The notes under the pieces are model-generated. The model did no database searches. It had not been told where the DNA came from and saw only the letters and a program-made list of their open reading frames with translations. This document shows positions 18,978-29,433 of a stretch of DNA of 64,000 nt, one piece after another. The stretch comes from Pelagomonas calceolata (taxonomy: Eukaryota), in the NCBI GenBank assembly GCA_918797485.1, contig CAKKNE010000005.1, forward strand, positions 682,001 through 746,000. Direction: 5' to 3'. How positions within the stretch are numbered: the first letter of the stretch is position 1; each line of letters opens with the position of its first letter. The position numbers were made by a program, and so were the translations under genes.

Positions 18978-21965
18978 ATGTCCTCAGCCGCGGAGCGCAG
19001 CCGTCGCCGCTGGTCGCTGGCACCCGTCACAAGCAGCACTAATACTGCGATCGCGACGACACCACCGCTCTCGGCCGCCGAGCGAGCGCTCGGGAACGCC
19101 TTCGCCGCGTGCGCAAGACGCGACGAGGAGGCGTGGCCGCCCGCGCGGCCCGCGGCAGGAATCGCGGCGAATGAAATCATCTGGCGCCTCGTGGCCCAGT
19201 TCTGCGACGCACGCGCGCTCTGCGCTCTAGGTGCGACCGCAACACCTCTATACACGGCGTCGTGCGACGTCGTCCCGTTCCTCGCAAACGACGTGACTTT
19301 GTTCCCGCACCAAAGGCGCGGCCTGCGTTTTATGCTTCGGAGGGAGAGAAGTGGCAAAGGCGGCGGGCTTCTTTGCGACGAGCCGGGGACGGGCAAGACC
19401 CTCACGGTCGTGGCGCTCCTGCTGCGCACGGCGCGGCTGCGCGCGGCGCGGCCGCCGGAGCCGGCGCGGCGCCTGAGCGGCCGCGTCAATGCGCGCCTGG
19501 CGCGCCCGAAGGAACTCAAAGTGCGCCTCAAAGTAGGTGGCAAGACCGCGCCCGGGACTTTGATCGCGCGCGACCCTGAGCAACGACGGCGCTGCGGCGG
19601 GACCCTGATAGTCGCGCCCACGGCTTTGGTGCGGCACTGGCGGGACGAGCTGCTGCGGCGCGCGGGCGGACGAGCTGCTGCTGCGGATGAAGTCACAAAG
19701 AAGCTCTGCTGCCTCCACGACGCCTACGGGTTCATGTTTTTCGACCTCCACGGCCGGGAGTGGGGTAATAACATCGAGAGCGACCGCCCGCCCGACGTGC
19801 TGGTGGTGAGCGAAGAGCGCCTGTCGCGCGAGTTCAGAAGCGTCACGAAGAAGCGCTACTCGCTCGACGATGACGCCGAGGACGCCGCGGACCAGAGTCC
19901 GCTCTTGAAGCACGCCTGGCGGCGCGTCATCGTCGACGAGGGCCGCCACGCCGGCGACGCGGCGTCGACGAATCGCCTGCGGCTCATGTCGGCGCTGACG
20001 GCCGAGAGCGTCTGGATCCTCACGGGCACGCCGACGCGCGGCGAGCGCGGCGAGGCGCGGAGGGGCGAGGCGGCACTGAGGCAAGTCGGTCGTTTGCTGC
20101 GCACGGTGCGAGAGAGTTCACATGCAACGGACTTGGACGGCTCGCTGTGGCAGGCTAGGGTAGTGACACCCCTCGTCTCGGGAAGCGGCGACGCGGCCGC
20201 GGCCGGCGCGTTGCGCGACGCACTCCGAACGTGCTGCGTGTGCCACTCGGCTGCCGACCTGCAACTACCGGCACCCATCAGGATCGTGAGCCGCCTCCGA
20301 CCGTCGCGCTCCGAGGCTCGCTCGCTGAACGCGTTCTGCGCGTTCGTCCAAGCCAATTTGTACCTCACGACGCTCGAGGTGGCCGACGTCGCGTCGATGG
20401 ACGACGGCTACGGCGCGTCGCTGCTCAACCCGCGGAACCGCCGCGCGGCCAAAGAGGCCATCGACAATATATTGCTGTGCTGCGCCGGCGGCGGCGAGAT
20501 GGTTAAATTATCCAGACCTGAGGTGCTGGGCGAACTACGGTACCTGCGCGAGACAGTGTGGAAATCAAATTTCGGGCGCCCGACGCCATCGACGCGTCGT
20601 TGTCCCAGTGATGGCATGGAGGTTCACAAACCACGCAGGCTCGAAAAGGTCCACAAAACTCCGCAACGGAAAACGGACCGCGCGGTGCGCTTCTTCGCCG
20701 ACGAGACGTCGTCGCTGCCGTGCGCGAAGTGCGCCCTGTCTCTCTCGTTCTTGCTGGTCGCGCCGTGCGGCTGCCTGTACTGTCCCGAGTGCGCGGCGAA
20801 GGCGTCGCCCTCCGCCTGTGCGGTCTGCGCGAAGACCTTTGTCGACGTCGAGGACGACGTGTCCGACGATCGCTGGGAGCATCCTGTCGCGAAGCGCGCC
20901 GACGGCACGCTCCGGTGCCGCTTCTGGCGCGACACGGACGACGGCCGCACCATCGGCTGCTCACACGTTCATACGTCGTCGAAGAAGCAGAAAATGCCGG
21001 GCGGAGAAGCGTTTGTGTGGCTCCAGCCCGGCGTCGAGCTCCAGTGGCGGGAGGCCGTGCTCGAGCGGGACACGGCGGCGCGGGCGGCGGCCTTCCAGGC
21101 GTCGGGGACGGCGTCCGCGGCGCCGGCGCGGACTCCGGCGGGGACTGCATTCGCGGCGCCGGCTTGGACTCCCACGGTGGTGGACGACGCCCACACCAAG
21201 GCGCGGCACGTGCTCGATCGGCTCGAGTCCGCCGTCGCCGCCTTCCGGTCAGGAGGGTCGCGGCCCGTGCGGGCCATCCTGTTTGCCGAAGATAGGAAGA
21301 TTTTGGATTGGGTGGGCCACTACCTCATCATGCGACTTGGCCAAGACGCCGTCGCACAACACTGGGGCACTCATAGAGCCGACGAGCTGCGCAAATTCCG
21401 TAGCGGCCTGGTCGCGTACCGGACGTGCTTGAGCTGCGGCGCCGCGAGCGAGGACAAGTGCAAGACGTGCGGCCGGCGCGTGCTCGTGCTGACGGCCGTC
21501 GAGGACCTGCCGACGCGGGTCTTCGAGGAGAACGTCCGGGACCACCGCCTGGGACGCGTCTACTCCGTCGGCGAAACGGTGTCGCTCGTCGCGGGCGGTC
21601 CGCCGCGCATCATCCGGGCGATCGCGCGCTGCGGCGGGACGTACGGGGCCGAGCGGACGCGCCAACTCGACCGCGGCGCGGCGCGCGTGTTGCTTTTGCA
21701 CCACGACGGCCGTCACGGTTTAGATCTGCCCTTCGTGACGCATATCTTCCTCTTGCGGACGATCTGGGAGTCGGGATACGAGAAGCAGGTCGTGTCCCGC
21801 GCGTGCCGCCTCGGTTGCGAGGGGCCCGTCGTCGTCGACCAGGTCCTCGCCCGCGGCACGGCCGAGGAGGCGCTCTTCGATCGCGTCGCGTCGCGGGCCG
21901 CTCCGGCGTCCGAGGCGGAGAAGATCGACTCGCTGCTGCGGGGCCTGCGGTTGTTGCGGTCGTGA
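18978..21965 (+). CDS. F-box/RING SNF2-family ATPase, join(18978..20545,20639..21965)
   Basis: LFPHQ, LCDEPGTGKT, WRRVIVDEG, WILTGTP, RING CxxC..PCGCLYCPEC..CAVC, GLDL, QVVSRACRLG. Confidence 0.85.
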   Translation: MSSAAERSRRRWSLAPVTSSTNTAIATTPPLSAAERALGNAFAACARRDEEAWPPARPAAGIAANEIIWRLVAQFCDARALCALGATATPLYTASCDVVPFLANDVTLFPHQRRGLRFMLRRERSGKGGGLLCDEPGTGKTLTVVALLLRTARLRAARPPEPARRLSGRVNARLARPKELKVRLKVGGKTAPGTLIARDPEQRRRCGGTLIVAPTALVRHWRDELLRRAGGRAAAADEVTKKLCCLHDAYGFMFFDLHGREWGNNIESDRPPDVLVVSEERLSREFRSVTKKRYSLDDDAEDAADQSPLLKHAWRRVIVDEGRHAGDAASTNRLRLMSALTAESVWILTGTPTRGERGEARRGEAALRQVGRLLRTVRESSHATDLDGSLWQARVVTPLVSGSGDAAAAGALRDALRTCCVCHSAADLQLPAPIRIVSRLRPSRSEARSLNAFCAFVQANLYLTTLEVADVASMDDGYGASLLNPRNRRAAKEAIDNILLCCAGGGEMVKLSRPEVLGELRYLRETVWKSNFGRPTPSTRRCPSDGMEVHKPRRLEKVHKTPQRKTDRAVRFFADETSSLPCAKCALSLSFLLVAPCGCLYCPECAAKASPSACAVCAKTFVDVEDDVSDDRWEHPVAKRADGTLRCRFWRDTDDGRTIGCSHVHTSSKKQKMPGGEAFVWLQPGVELQWREAVLERDTAARAAAFQASGTASAAPARTPAGTAFAAPAWTPTVVDDAHTKARHVLDRLESAVAAFRSGGSRPVRAILFAEDRKILDWVGHYLIMRLGQDAVAQHWGTHRADELRKFRSGLVAYRTCLSCGAASEDKCKTCGRRVLVLTAVEDLPTRVFEENVRDHRLGRVYSVGETVSLVAGGPPRIIRAIARCGGTYGAERTRQLDRGAARVLLLHHDGRHGLDLPFVTHIFLLRTIWESGYEKQVVSRACRLGCEGPVVVDQVLARGTAEEALFDRVASRAAPASEAEKIDSLLRGLRLLRS
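20546..20638 (+). mobile_element. Introner intron (93 nt, GC-AG)
   Basis: TSD gcgcgaga/gctcgaaa (6 of 8 match); left end cagtgtggaaatcaaatttcgggcgcccgacgccatcgacgcg nearly identical to the element at 40916; an alternative GT donor at 20540 is also in frame. Confidence 0.8.
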
Positions 21966-22294
21966 CCGCGTGTTGTTTATAAGTACAAGTGTGTAATCAA
22001 ACCTGTCTAGAGTGAGCCCAGTCTGTAGAGCCAGCCCTAGACGTCACGATACGGCGTGCCACCCTCGGCATGCTTGTGCGCGGGTCGCCCCAGCGCCGCG
22101 GCATCGAGCGCTGTGGCAGCCCCAAAAAGGCGCTGCAGAAGCGCTGTGGCAGCCCCACGCTCGACGCAGACGAGCAGCAGGCTCCGGAGGCGACGCAGAC
22201 GAGCAGCCGTCGCTCCAAAGGCAGCCCGCGCGGCGCGAGTAGAGCTTTGCTGGGGAAAAGCGTGAGGCCAGCGCCCGCGCCGTGTGGCAGCAGC

Positions 22295-22969
22295 ATGGCT
22301 AAGCTGGGCAAATCGTTCAAGGGCCGGCCCGCCGGCCTCGTCATGGAGAAGAAACCGGCCGCGACGGTGCCCGCAACAAAAACTAAGAAGAAGCCGAAGC
22401 GCCCGAAGAACTACGCCATGCGGCCCACGACGGCGACGCTTGCAAGGCGCACGACCAAATTTGAAGAAAGGAAGCCCGCGCCGCCGCCGTCCTATCTAGG
22501 ATTGAAAGGGAGGGCGAGAGGCCCGTCGCTCCACGACCGGCCCCAGTCGCGGAACGGCGTGCCCGGCGCGTTCAATCCCAAGGTCTTCAACACGCAGCGG
22601 TTGGTACGGGGCACGGACACGCGGGAGTGGACCAGGGGCGAAGCCGCCTTCGCTAGGAAAACCGCGTGGTACGCCGACCTGGCGACTGGTGGAGACGCGC
22701 CGCGGCCGCGCTCGGCGTCGCTGCCGAGCGGGCCGCGCAGTGACGCCGGCGTGCATAATCGGCGGGCGCCCGACGGTCTGTGGTACACGCACGTCGAGCC
22801 ACCCCTACCGGACGAGGATTTGGATGATGAACGCGCGACGGGCAAGCCCCACTTCGTCCCGTATCAGCGGCCGCAGACGGCGAAACGGAGGAGCTACGCC
22901 GATCAACTGCGCGCGGACAGCTATCGGGCCGAGGAGTATTCGGTGAAGACGCTCGTAATTCAACGATAG
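22295..22969 (+). CDS. Hypothetical basic protein
   Basis: ORF with coding-like codon usage; no recognised domain. Confidence 0.6.
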   Translation: MAKLGKSFKGRPAGLVMEKKPAATVPATKTKKKPKRPKNYAMRPTTATLARRTTKFEERKPAPPPSYLGLKGRARGPSLHDRPQSRNGVPGAFNPKVFNTQRLVRGTDTREWTRGEAAFARKTAWYADLATGGDAPRPRSASLPSGPRSDAGVHNRRAPDGLWYTHVEPPLPDEDLDDERATGKPHFVPYQRPQTAKRRSYADQLRADSYRAEEYSVKTLVIQR

Positions 22970-23511
22970 ATTAGTAGGTTCCCACAATTCAACGTCTGGC
23001 AGTACGCGTCCGTCGACTCGACGAGCTTCTGGAGGAGCGGTGCCGCGTCCTCCGGCGTGCCCGCGGCCTTCAGCTTGGCCGCGTCTGCAGAAATCTTCTG
23101 GGCGATGAGCTCGCCGTACTCGTACTCGGCGTTGTACCTGTGCGTCGAGGCGTCATCATCCGCTCGATGGCGTGGACGTTGTGCGGTCTCTCAACCGCCG
23201 AGGTTGCTTCCTGGCGCGGCTCGCGACGGGTTCTTCCGCGCGGCGTTCTCGAGCGGCACGACCGTCGCGACGTAGCCCTTCTGGAGGGCCTTGGTGCTCG
23301 CGGTGCCGGCCTGCGCGGCCTTGTTCAGCGCGCCGAGCTCGTCGACCAGAGTTTTGAATTGTTCAAGGCCGGCGGCGTTGGCATGTTCTTTTGATGTGGC
23401 GACTAATGCGGCAGCCGCGCCACCTAGCAGCGCCCGGCGCTGCACAGAGACCGGCTGCAGCGCTGATGCAGCATGAGCGACGAAGAGCAGGACGGTCGGA
23501 GCGGCACGCAT
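22960..23511 (-). CDS. Putative thylakoid-lumen protein, join(23511..23228,23137..22960)
   Basis: Signal peptide + ASALQP, twin-arginine RRALLGGAAAAL...ANA; 90-nt GT-AG intron joins KNP|YNAEYEYG; stop overlaps the neighbouring gene's 3' end. Confidence 0.7.
23138..23227 (-). other. Intron (90 nt, GT-AG) with introner core motif
   Basis: cc|gtcgcg ... gcacag|g; contains ccacgccatcgag. Confidence 0.65.
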
Positions 23512-23610
23512 CGTACTGCGAGTTGTCTGGATCGAGAATCGATGCTCGAGCGGGTCTGTTATCCCCGGTTTTGACTACTGCAGCTGATTCAGTGCGAAGA
23601 GCAAGCGCGG

Positions 23611-23632
23611 GCTAGCGCTGTAAGACACTAGC
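23611..23632 (+). promoter_or_regulatory. Double-CTAG element
   Basis: gctagcgctgtaagacactagc in a divergent gap. Confidence 0.65.
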
Positions 23633-23758
23633 AAGAAGCCTCTCTGCCCATGTTGCGGGGGCCCACGGGCGCATGCCTCACAATTAGCAAGCTCTGAGAC
23701 TGCTCTCGTATACGCTGCCGCTGCGCGCTCGAGACCTACGCGCGCGCGGAGCTGTAGG

Positions 23759-25114
23759 ATGGACCAACTCCAGGCCCGGCTCGGCAGCCTGCTGAATCGA
23801 CCATTGATGGAAGACGCCGCGACGAAAGAACTCGCGGAAGCGGCCCGAGCGCGCGTCGACGTTTTAAGATCATTGCTCCGCACACCAGCGGTGGTCGGCG
23901 ACGACGAGTACGAACGTTTGCTGAAGGAGGTGTTTGACGCCACGACTAAACTGCTCGGCCGCGCGCCGACGGCGCACCGCGGACCCGAGAGCGAGGAGGG
24001 CTGGAAGCTCGCTGGGTTTCAGGCTACGGCGCCGGACCGCGAGTTTCGAGGAGGCGGGCTGCTGGGTTTGCACTGCTTGCTGCACGCGCTCGAGCACCAC
24101 CCGGCGACGTGCGCGAAGCTGCTCGAAGGCCCGTTCCCCTTCGCCGCCGCGTCGATAAACATGACGCTCGTCGCGGCGCGGTTAGCCGGCGTCGCGTCGG
24201 CCGACGACGCTCTCAAGGCCTCGATCGGCGACAAGAGTCCACAAAACGCCCCGCGAGACTGCCGCTCGCTCCTCGCCACGAGCCACGCCGGCTTCTTCGA
24301 GGTCCACGCGTTGTGTCTGGACGCGCTCGAGCGCGCCCGTAGTGATGTGGACGCGGGCGCGATGGACTTCATGGGCTGCGCCGTCGCCGCGCGGGAAGAG
24401 GTCTCCCTGCTGCTGTCGCACGCGCCGCGCGACGTGGAAGCTTTGAAAAAATTAGCACGGGCCGTGCCTCGCAGAAGGAGCGGCTTCCTGACGATGCACG
24501 CTTCCTCCAATTTCCTGATGAAGCGCGAGCCGGTGCGCCGCTTCTTCGTCCTCTCGACGTCGAGACTGAAGTGGTACGAGGAGCGCGACGTGCACTCGTC
24601 GACGCGGTCGGCGGCGACCTTATTGGCGCCTGGTAAACCAGCAGGAAGTTTGGTCCTCCAGGGCGACGCGACGGTGCGGTTTCGGGTGGAGGAGCGGAGC
24701 TTTTCGATTGTTTCTAGTAAGGGAAAGCAGTTACTTTGGTTGGTCGCGGACGAAGCGAGAGACATGGAAAAGTGGTGCGTGGCGCTGACGGAGCACTGCG
24801 CCCTGGCCGCGATCGACCTATCACAACGCCTAGAGGCGGGGACCGTCGTGTCGTCGGAGACGTTCGAGGCAGTGCCGTACGTCGTCGACGCGGCCGTGGG
24901 TATTTATGTGCGCGAAGCGCCGGACGTCGCCGCGCCGCGGACGGGCCGCGGCCTCATGCCCGGCGAGGAGGTGGAGATTGTTGAAAGGGTCGTCGTCGAC
25001 GACGCGAAGGGCGGGCGGACGTTCCTTCGCTTGGCGGACGGGGGCTGGGCCATGGAGCGGCACCCGTCGTCGGGCGTGCCGATCTTGCGGGTGTCGAGCG
25101 GGGACAGTGTTTAA
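23759..25114 (+). CDS. ELMO-domain + PH-domain + SH3-like protein
   Basis: WKLAGFQ..PDREFRGGGLLGLHCL, FPFAAASIN (ELMO); RRFFVL..LKWY...WCVAL (PH). Confidence 0.8.
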   Translation: MDQLQARLGSLLNRPLMEDAATKELAEAARARVDVLRSLLRTPAVVGDDEYERLLKEVFDATTKLLGRAPTAHRGPESEEGWKLAGFQATAPDREFRGGGLLGLHCLLHALEHHPATCAKLLEGPFPFAAASINMTLVAARLAGVASADDALKASIGDKSPQNAPRDCRSLLATSHAGFFEVHALCLDALERARSDVDAGAMDFMGCAVAAREEVSLLLSHAPRDVEALKKLARAVPRRRSGFLTMHASSNFLMKREPVRRFFVLSTSRLKWYEERDVHSSTRSAATLLAPGKPAGSLVLQGDATVRFRVEERSFSIVSSKGKQLLWLVADEARDMEKWCVALTEHCALAAIDLSQRLEAGTVVSSETFEAVPYVVDAAVGIYVREAPDVAAPRTGRGLMPGEEVEIVERVVVDDAKGGRTFLRLADGGWAMERHPSSGVPILRVSSGDSV

Positions 25115-25150
25115 GTGATTGTTTTTGTGGGTTACATGAGTCTTAACACA

Positions 25151-26815
25151 CTACATCATCATCTCTCGCGCCACGGCCACCATGGCAGTCAAGAGAGCCG
25201 CGCCGACGAGGCGCCACGCCTTTCGCCGCCTTTCATCCACGACGTGGTCGTCGTACGCGCTCGCCGGAACGTGGACGCCGTGGTTTTGCAGGAGCGCCGC
25301 GAGCTCTTCGACATTCACATCGACGGCCCGCGCTACGTCCGAGTCCGGCGCGACCACGGCCGCCAGCGCCGCGGCGACGGGCAGCGCGCCGAGGCGCGCC
25401 GACGGCACGGCGGCCTCGACGTCGCGTCTGGCTCGCCGCGCGGCGTCGCGCGGCGCCACGCCCCTGCTCGCGAGCAGCGCAGCCCGTGCGACCGCGTCCG
25501 TGCGCAGCGCCTTTTGAGGATCCACCGACGGCGAGAACGTTTCGAGGAGCGCCCGGTCGTCCAGCATGCTCGCCAGGAACCTGTGCGGAAATCAAAATTT
25601 ACGGCGCGTTCGTGCTGAATCGCCGCGTCGTCCTCCACGCCATCGACGCGACGCCTGCTCGATGGCGTGGCGATGCGGTTCCTGCACCGCTCATCGCAGC
25701 GAAATGACTTAGTGAAGAATTATCGGTGCACCCGACACACTGGTTGATTTCCACACAGCCAGGAACGGGAACCGCGCCAGCGCCACGTCCAGGCGCGCGT
25801 GGCGGGCATCCGCGTAGGCGCGGACGCTCCTATCTGAAAGCGCCTTGCGGAGCGCCGCGCCCTTGGAAGCGAGGGCACCACCATCCTCAATATGCTCGGC
25901 GCCGCGCTGCGACTCTATTTGTAAAGTGACGGCGTCGACGCGGGGCACTGATGAAGCGGCGATGCGCGTTTCTTCGTCTACATAGTAGGCGCCCGGCCCC
26001 TTCCCAACGGCAAAGGGCTCGACGGGCGCCGCGTCCCGATATAAATACAAAGCGCCGCCGGCAAAGAATAAGACTGCCGGCGCCGCGAGCCACGGAGACC
26101 CCGCGATGGCCGGCTTGAGGACGGGCCCGAGCAGCGCCCCCGCCACGAAGCCCGTCGGCACCGTGACCGGGACGAGGCGATCCACAAAACGTGCCGTGCT
26201 CGGGAGCTCGACGCCGAAGTGGAGCTCCGTCAACGTGGCGTACGTATACGGAGCTATCAGAGCCGTCGCGAGGCCGATCCCCGCGCCGACGACGGCCGCC
26301 GGGCCAGCTGCTTTCAGCCAAATAGGAGCAAACCGCGGCAGCATGTTACTAGCGCGGTCGAGCAGCTTCGCGGGACCGCCATTGATAGCTTCCAGCGCGC
26401 CGTACGAGACCGCCGCCACCGCGCCGTTCGCGAGGGCCATCGGAGCCATCAACTCAGCGTGGTCTACGAGGTAGGGCAGCGCGTCGCGAATCGCAAAGCT
26501 GAACACGCCCGCCGCCGAGCCCACTATTATGAATCGTGCGCCCTTGTTCGGCACCAAGTAGCACGCCAACCGATAGCTGCCGATGACCGGGAAGAGCGGT
26601 GTCGCCACGGCGGTGGCCGCGCCGACGATCGTGCATCTTACGGGGAATGGAGCCACACTGCTCCGTGGTGTCGCCGCTGCATCGCTGAGGCGCCGCGCAG
26701 GCCTGAGCAGGAGAGTGTGTTGCTTATGCGGTGCCTTTACGGCACAGCTGCGCAGCGCACCGCTGCGCAGCGCGAACCCTCGCATCAATGGCCGCGCCCG
26801 AGATATCAATAGCAT
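25151..26815 (-). CDS. Multi-pass membrane protein with organellar presequence, join(26815..25767,25580..25151)
   Basis: Arg-rich N-terminus, several hydrophobic helices; frames joined by removing the introner. Confidence 0.7.
25581..25766 (-). mobile_element. Introner intron (186 nt, GT-AG)
   Basis: Perfect TSD ccaggaac (25573-80, 25759-66); TIRs ctgtgcggaaatcaa / ttgatttccacacag; internal sequence shared with 37241-37430. Confidence 0.92.
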
Positions 26816-26871
26816 CGTTGTGCAGTGTCTGTGACGACTTACAGCCTTCCCACGCTGGCGGCAGCCAGTTT

Positions 26872-26895
26872 GCTAGTGTGTTACAGCCCGCTAGC
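26872..26895 (-). promoter_or_regulatory. Double-CTAG element
   Basis: gctagtgtgttacagcccgctagc in a divergent gap. Confidence 0.65.
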
Positions 26896-27006
26896 TATCG
26901 GCTGCGTCGCAAAACGCAGTCGCTGCGTATTGACAAGCCCCGCAGCACAAATTCGTCGCCGCACGTTTCACCGCAACCCGTACGCCAGCCGCCGCGACGT
27001 AAAACG

Positions 27007-28116
27007 ATGAATGCCCTCGCCCAGGAGCAGCTCCAGCGCCAGGCTGAGTCCATCCCGCTCCTGAAGCGCGAGATCGAGCGCGAGTTCTACGCATCGATCA
27101 AGTTCTGCAACTCCTGCCAGCGGCCGGGTGAGTGGAAGAAGTTTTGTGGACGCTGCAAGGAGGCCTACTACTGCTCGCGCGAGTGCCAGAAGTGGGCCTG
27201 GCCGGTCCACAAAAAGCACTGCTACGCGCCGGGCGCGGAGCGGCCGCCGCGGCCGCCGCCGAAAAAGCCCGTTCCTAGGCCGAAGGCGGACGTGGTGCGG
27301 GAGGAGCAGGTCGACCTCACGGACAAAGCCTTGCGCGTCTTTTATCTCGAGGGCTGTGGGTGTGTTGATGCGGCGACGGAGAAGTGTCGAAGAGCGCTTC
27401 CCTTGACTTTTGAAAGAGCCTTCGTCACCGGCGCGACTGGTAGTACAGTGGTCCTCGAGGCCCCGGACAAGAAGCCACTACAAAGGGAGGACGTCCTCAC
27501 TTTTCATGTCGCCAAGGTGTTTGTTGAAATGAAGGCGAAGCCCTTCTCCTTACCAGAGAAATTCATTGTCCCACTCACAAAGACGCCTCCCGTGTTACCT
27601 CCCGTGAAGTTGGACGAGGCGATTCCCGTCGCGTTCGCGGGCTTCTGTGGGCTCGGCGAGGCCTTCGTCAAGGCTATAACCTCGGACAAGACGCTTCTAT
27701 CAAAACTTGCGGGCACGGGTGCCGTGTCTCGATTAGCAGGCTACGATGAAGGCGACGTCCCGACGCCGTGCAAGGGCATGCCTAGTGCGTGTCTGATCTT
27801 CTTTGCCGGTTTGCATGATGAATTTCCGGACCTACCGAAGTTGTTTGCTCATGTACACGGTTCTTGTCGGAATAATATTGTGGCCGCGGCGATCGCCCGA
27901 AAGGCGCTGTTCTATCGGGTGGAAGCTCCCGGCGAGTACGCGTCGCCCGTCGCCTCGAAGGAGTGCATCGTGAACAGCCGAGGCGTCGCCATCGACTGCG
28001 CGCGCGCGTTCGCGTCGGCGACGTTGTGTGAGCTCGCGGCGTTAAATGAAAGGGAGCTCGAGGCGCGGTACGCCGTGGAGGTCGCGTCGACGTTGGATTC
28101 TTCGGGTAAGTTGTGA
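27007..28116 (+). CDS. MYND zinc-finger protein
   Basis: CNSC...CGRCKEAYYCSRECQKWAWPVHKKHC. Confidence 0.85.
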   Translation: MNALAQEQLQRQAESIPLLKREIEREFYASIKFCNSCQRPGEWKKFCGRCKEAYYCSRECQKWAWPVHKKHCYAPGAERPPRPPPKKPVPRPKADVVREEQVDLTDKALRVFYLEGCGCVDAATEKCRRALPLTFERAFVTGATGSTVVLEAPDKKPLQREDVLTFHVAKVFVEMKAKPFSLPEKFIVPLTKTPPVLPPVKLDEAIPVAFAGFCGLGEAFVKAITSDKTLLSKLAGTGAVSRLAGYDEGDVPTPCKGMPSACLIFFAGLHDEFPDLPKLFAHVHGSCRNNIVAAAIARKALFYRVEAPGEYASPVASKECIVNSRGVAIDCARAFASATLCELAALNERELEARYAVEVASTLDSSGKL

Positions 28117-28129
28117 GTAGTCTTCATAG

Positions 28130-28153
28130 GCTAGCGGCCTGTAAGACACTAGG
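28130..28153 (+). promoter_or_regulatory. Double-CTAG element
   Basis: gctagcggcctgtaagacactagg in a tandem gap. Confidence 0.65.
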
Positions 28154-28403
28154 AAGCGGCAAAAAGTTGGGATTGAAGTCCGATCCGCCCGCTCCTGCGT
28201 AGAATTCAGGATCAGACGTGCACCCGAGCACGCTTGATTCAGGAGACCGTCCCAGCCATTTTTTCGGCGCTCGAGACAGCCCTGGACCACAATAAAAAAT
28301 TTCCGATCTGTAGAGGACGCCGGACGCCGCCTCTTGGACGCACGACGCGCTGGGGGCCAAATGAATGACGCCGTTACGACCTCCACGCGCAGGTCAAAAA
28401 ATC

Positions 28404-29299
28404 ATGGCCGAAGTCGCTACGCAACCCGCGACCGTGACTGGCACCGTCGTCGCCCAGCCGGCCGCCGGCGGCCTCACGCGCCGCATGCCCACGTCCACGC
28501 TCGGTATGGCCGGCGACTGGTCGTGTCCGCCCACGGCCGACCGCAAGCTCGACGCGTCGAAGAAGGACTTTACTTTGTGCGGCGCGCTCTGCTGTTCGTG
28601 GCCGGCGTCTTCGTTCTTCGAGACGATGGTATGGCCGTCGGCTTCACTGCAGCGACCGCAATCGTCGTGCTGACCGTGGCCCTCTCGGCGAACGTCACGT
28701 TCTCGCGCCGCGCGGCCAAGGCGCAGACGAAGGTACCTCGAGTCCCGAAAACCGTGACGGATCTCAAGTCGCACAAGTTCCCGCCCGCGGACATGGGCGT
28801 GAACGGCACGGACGGCCACGTCTGCTGCAAAAAGCTGTGTTCCAATTTCACGCCAGCCTCCACGCCATCGACGCGGCGTCTGCTCGATGGCGTGACTGGT
28901 TGATTCCACACAGGCAAAAAGCCGTGGACCGCGTTCATTGACCCCATGGCGGATGCTTGCAATTGTGCCCCATGGATGATCTACAAGCCGACCAATTTCT
29001 GTAGCCAGACGGAGGGCGCGTGCACGATGACGTGCGGGGGGGCTTGGTGCGTGCACGACGCCATACCCACCGCAGCGCCGACGAGCGCGCCGACCTACGA
29101 GCCAACGATCAGCGCGGCGCCGACGGCATCGCCGGCCACCTACGCGCCGTCTCCCGCGCCGACGGCCTCACCGATACCCGCTCCGACGGCCGAGCCCATA
29201 CCGGCTCCGACGGCGTCGCCGATATCGGCGCCATCTCCGTCGCCGATACCGGAGCCGACGAAGCAGCCCACCATCGACCGCACCGTCGGGACTCCGTGA
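28404..29299 (+). CDS. Membrane protein with Cys-rich domain and Pro/Thr tail; apparent frameshift near 28590; intron 28827-28913
   Basis: Coding-like frame switches at ggcgcgctctgctgttc; TM helices; VCC|KKPW; PTA(S/E)P repeats. Confidence 0.55.
28827..28913 (+). mobile_element. Introner intron (87 nt, GC-AG)
   Basis: Perfect TSD gcaaaaag (28827-34, 28914-21); ends ctgtgttccaat / tgattccacacag; core hairpin. Confidence 0.88.
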
Positions 29300-29433
29300 A
29301 GTGCACATAGACCCGGTCCGAGCCCCGCGATGTACATAGTCTCCCCAAGGCGCGCGCTCCCGGTAATCATTCTTGTACTGTTGTCGTGTTGTCGGTTTTT
29401 ACGTGGCGGGTGGTGAGGTGTGTCTAGAACGAA

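Noticed and set aside
28660..28680. TGC-TGA as a selenocysteine motif
   Set aside because: The frame after TGA is not coding-like, no SECIS was recognised, and a frameshift explains the region better
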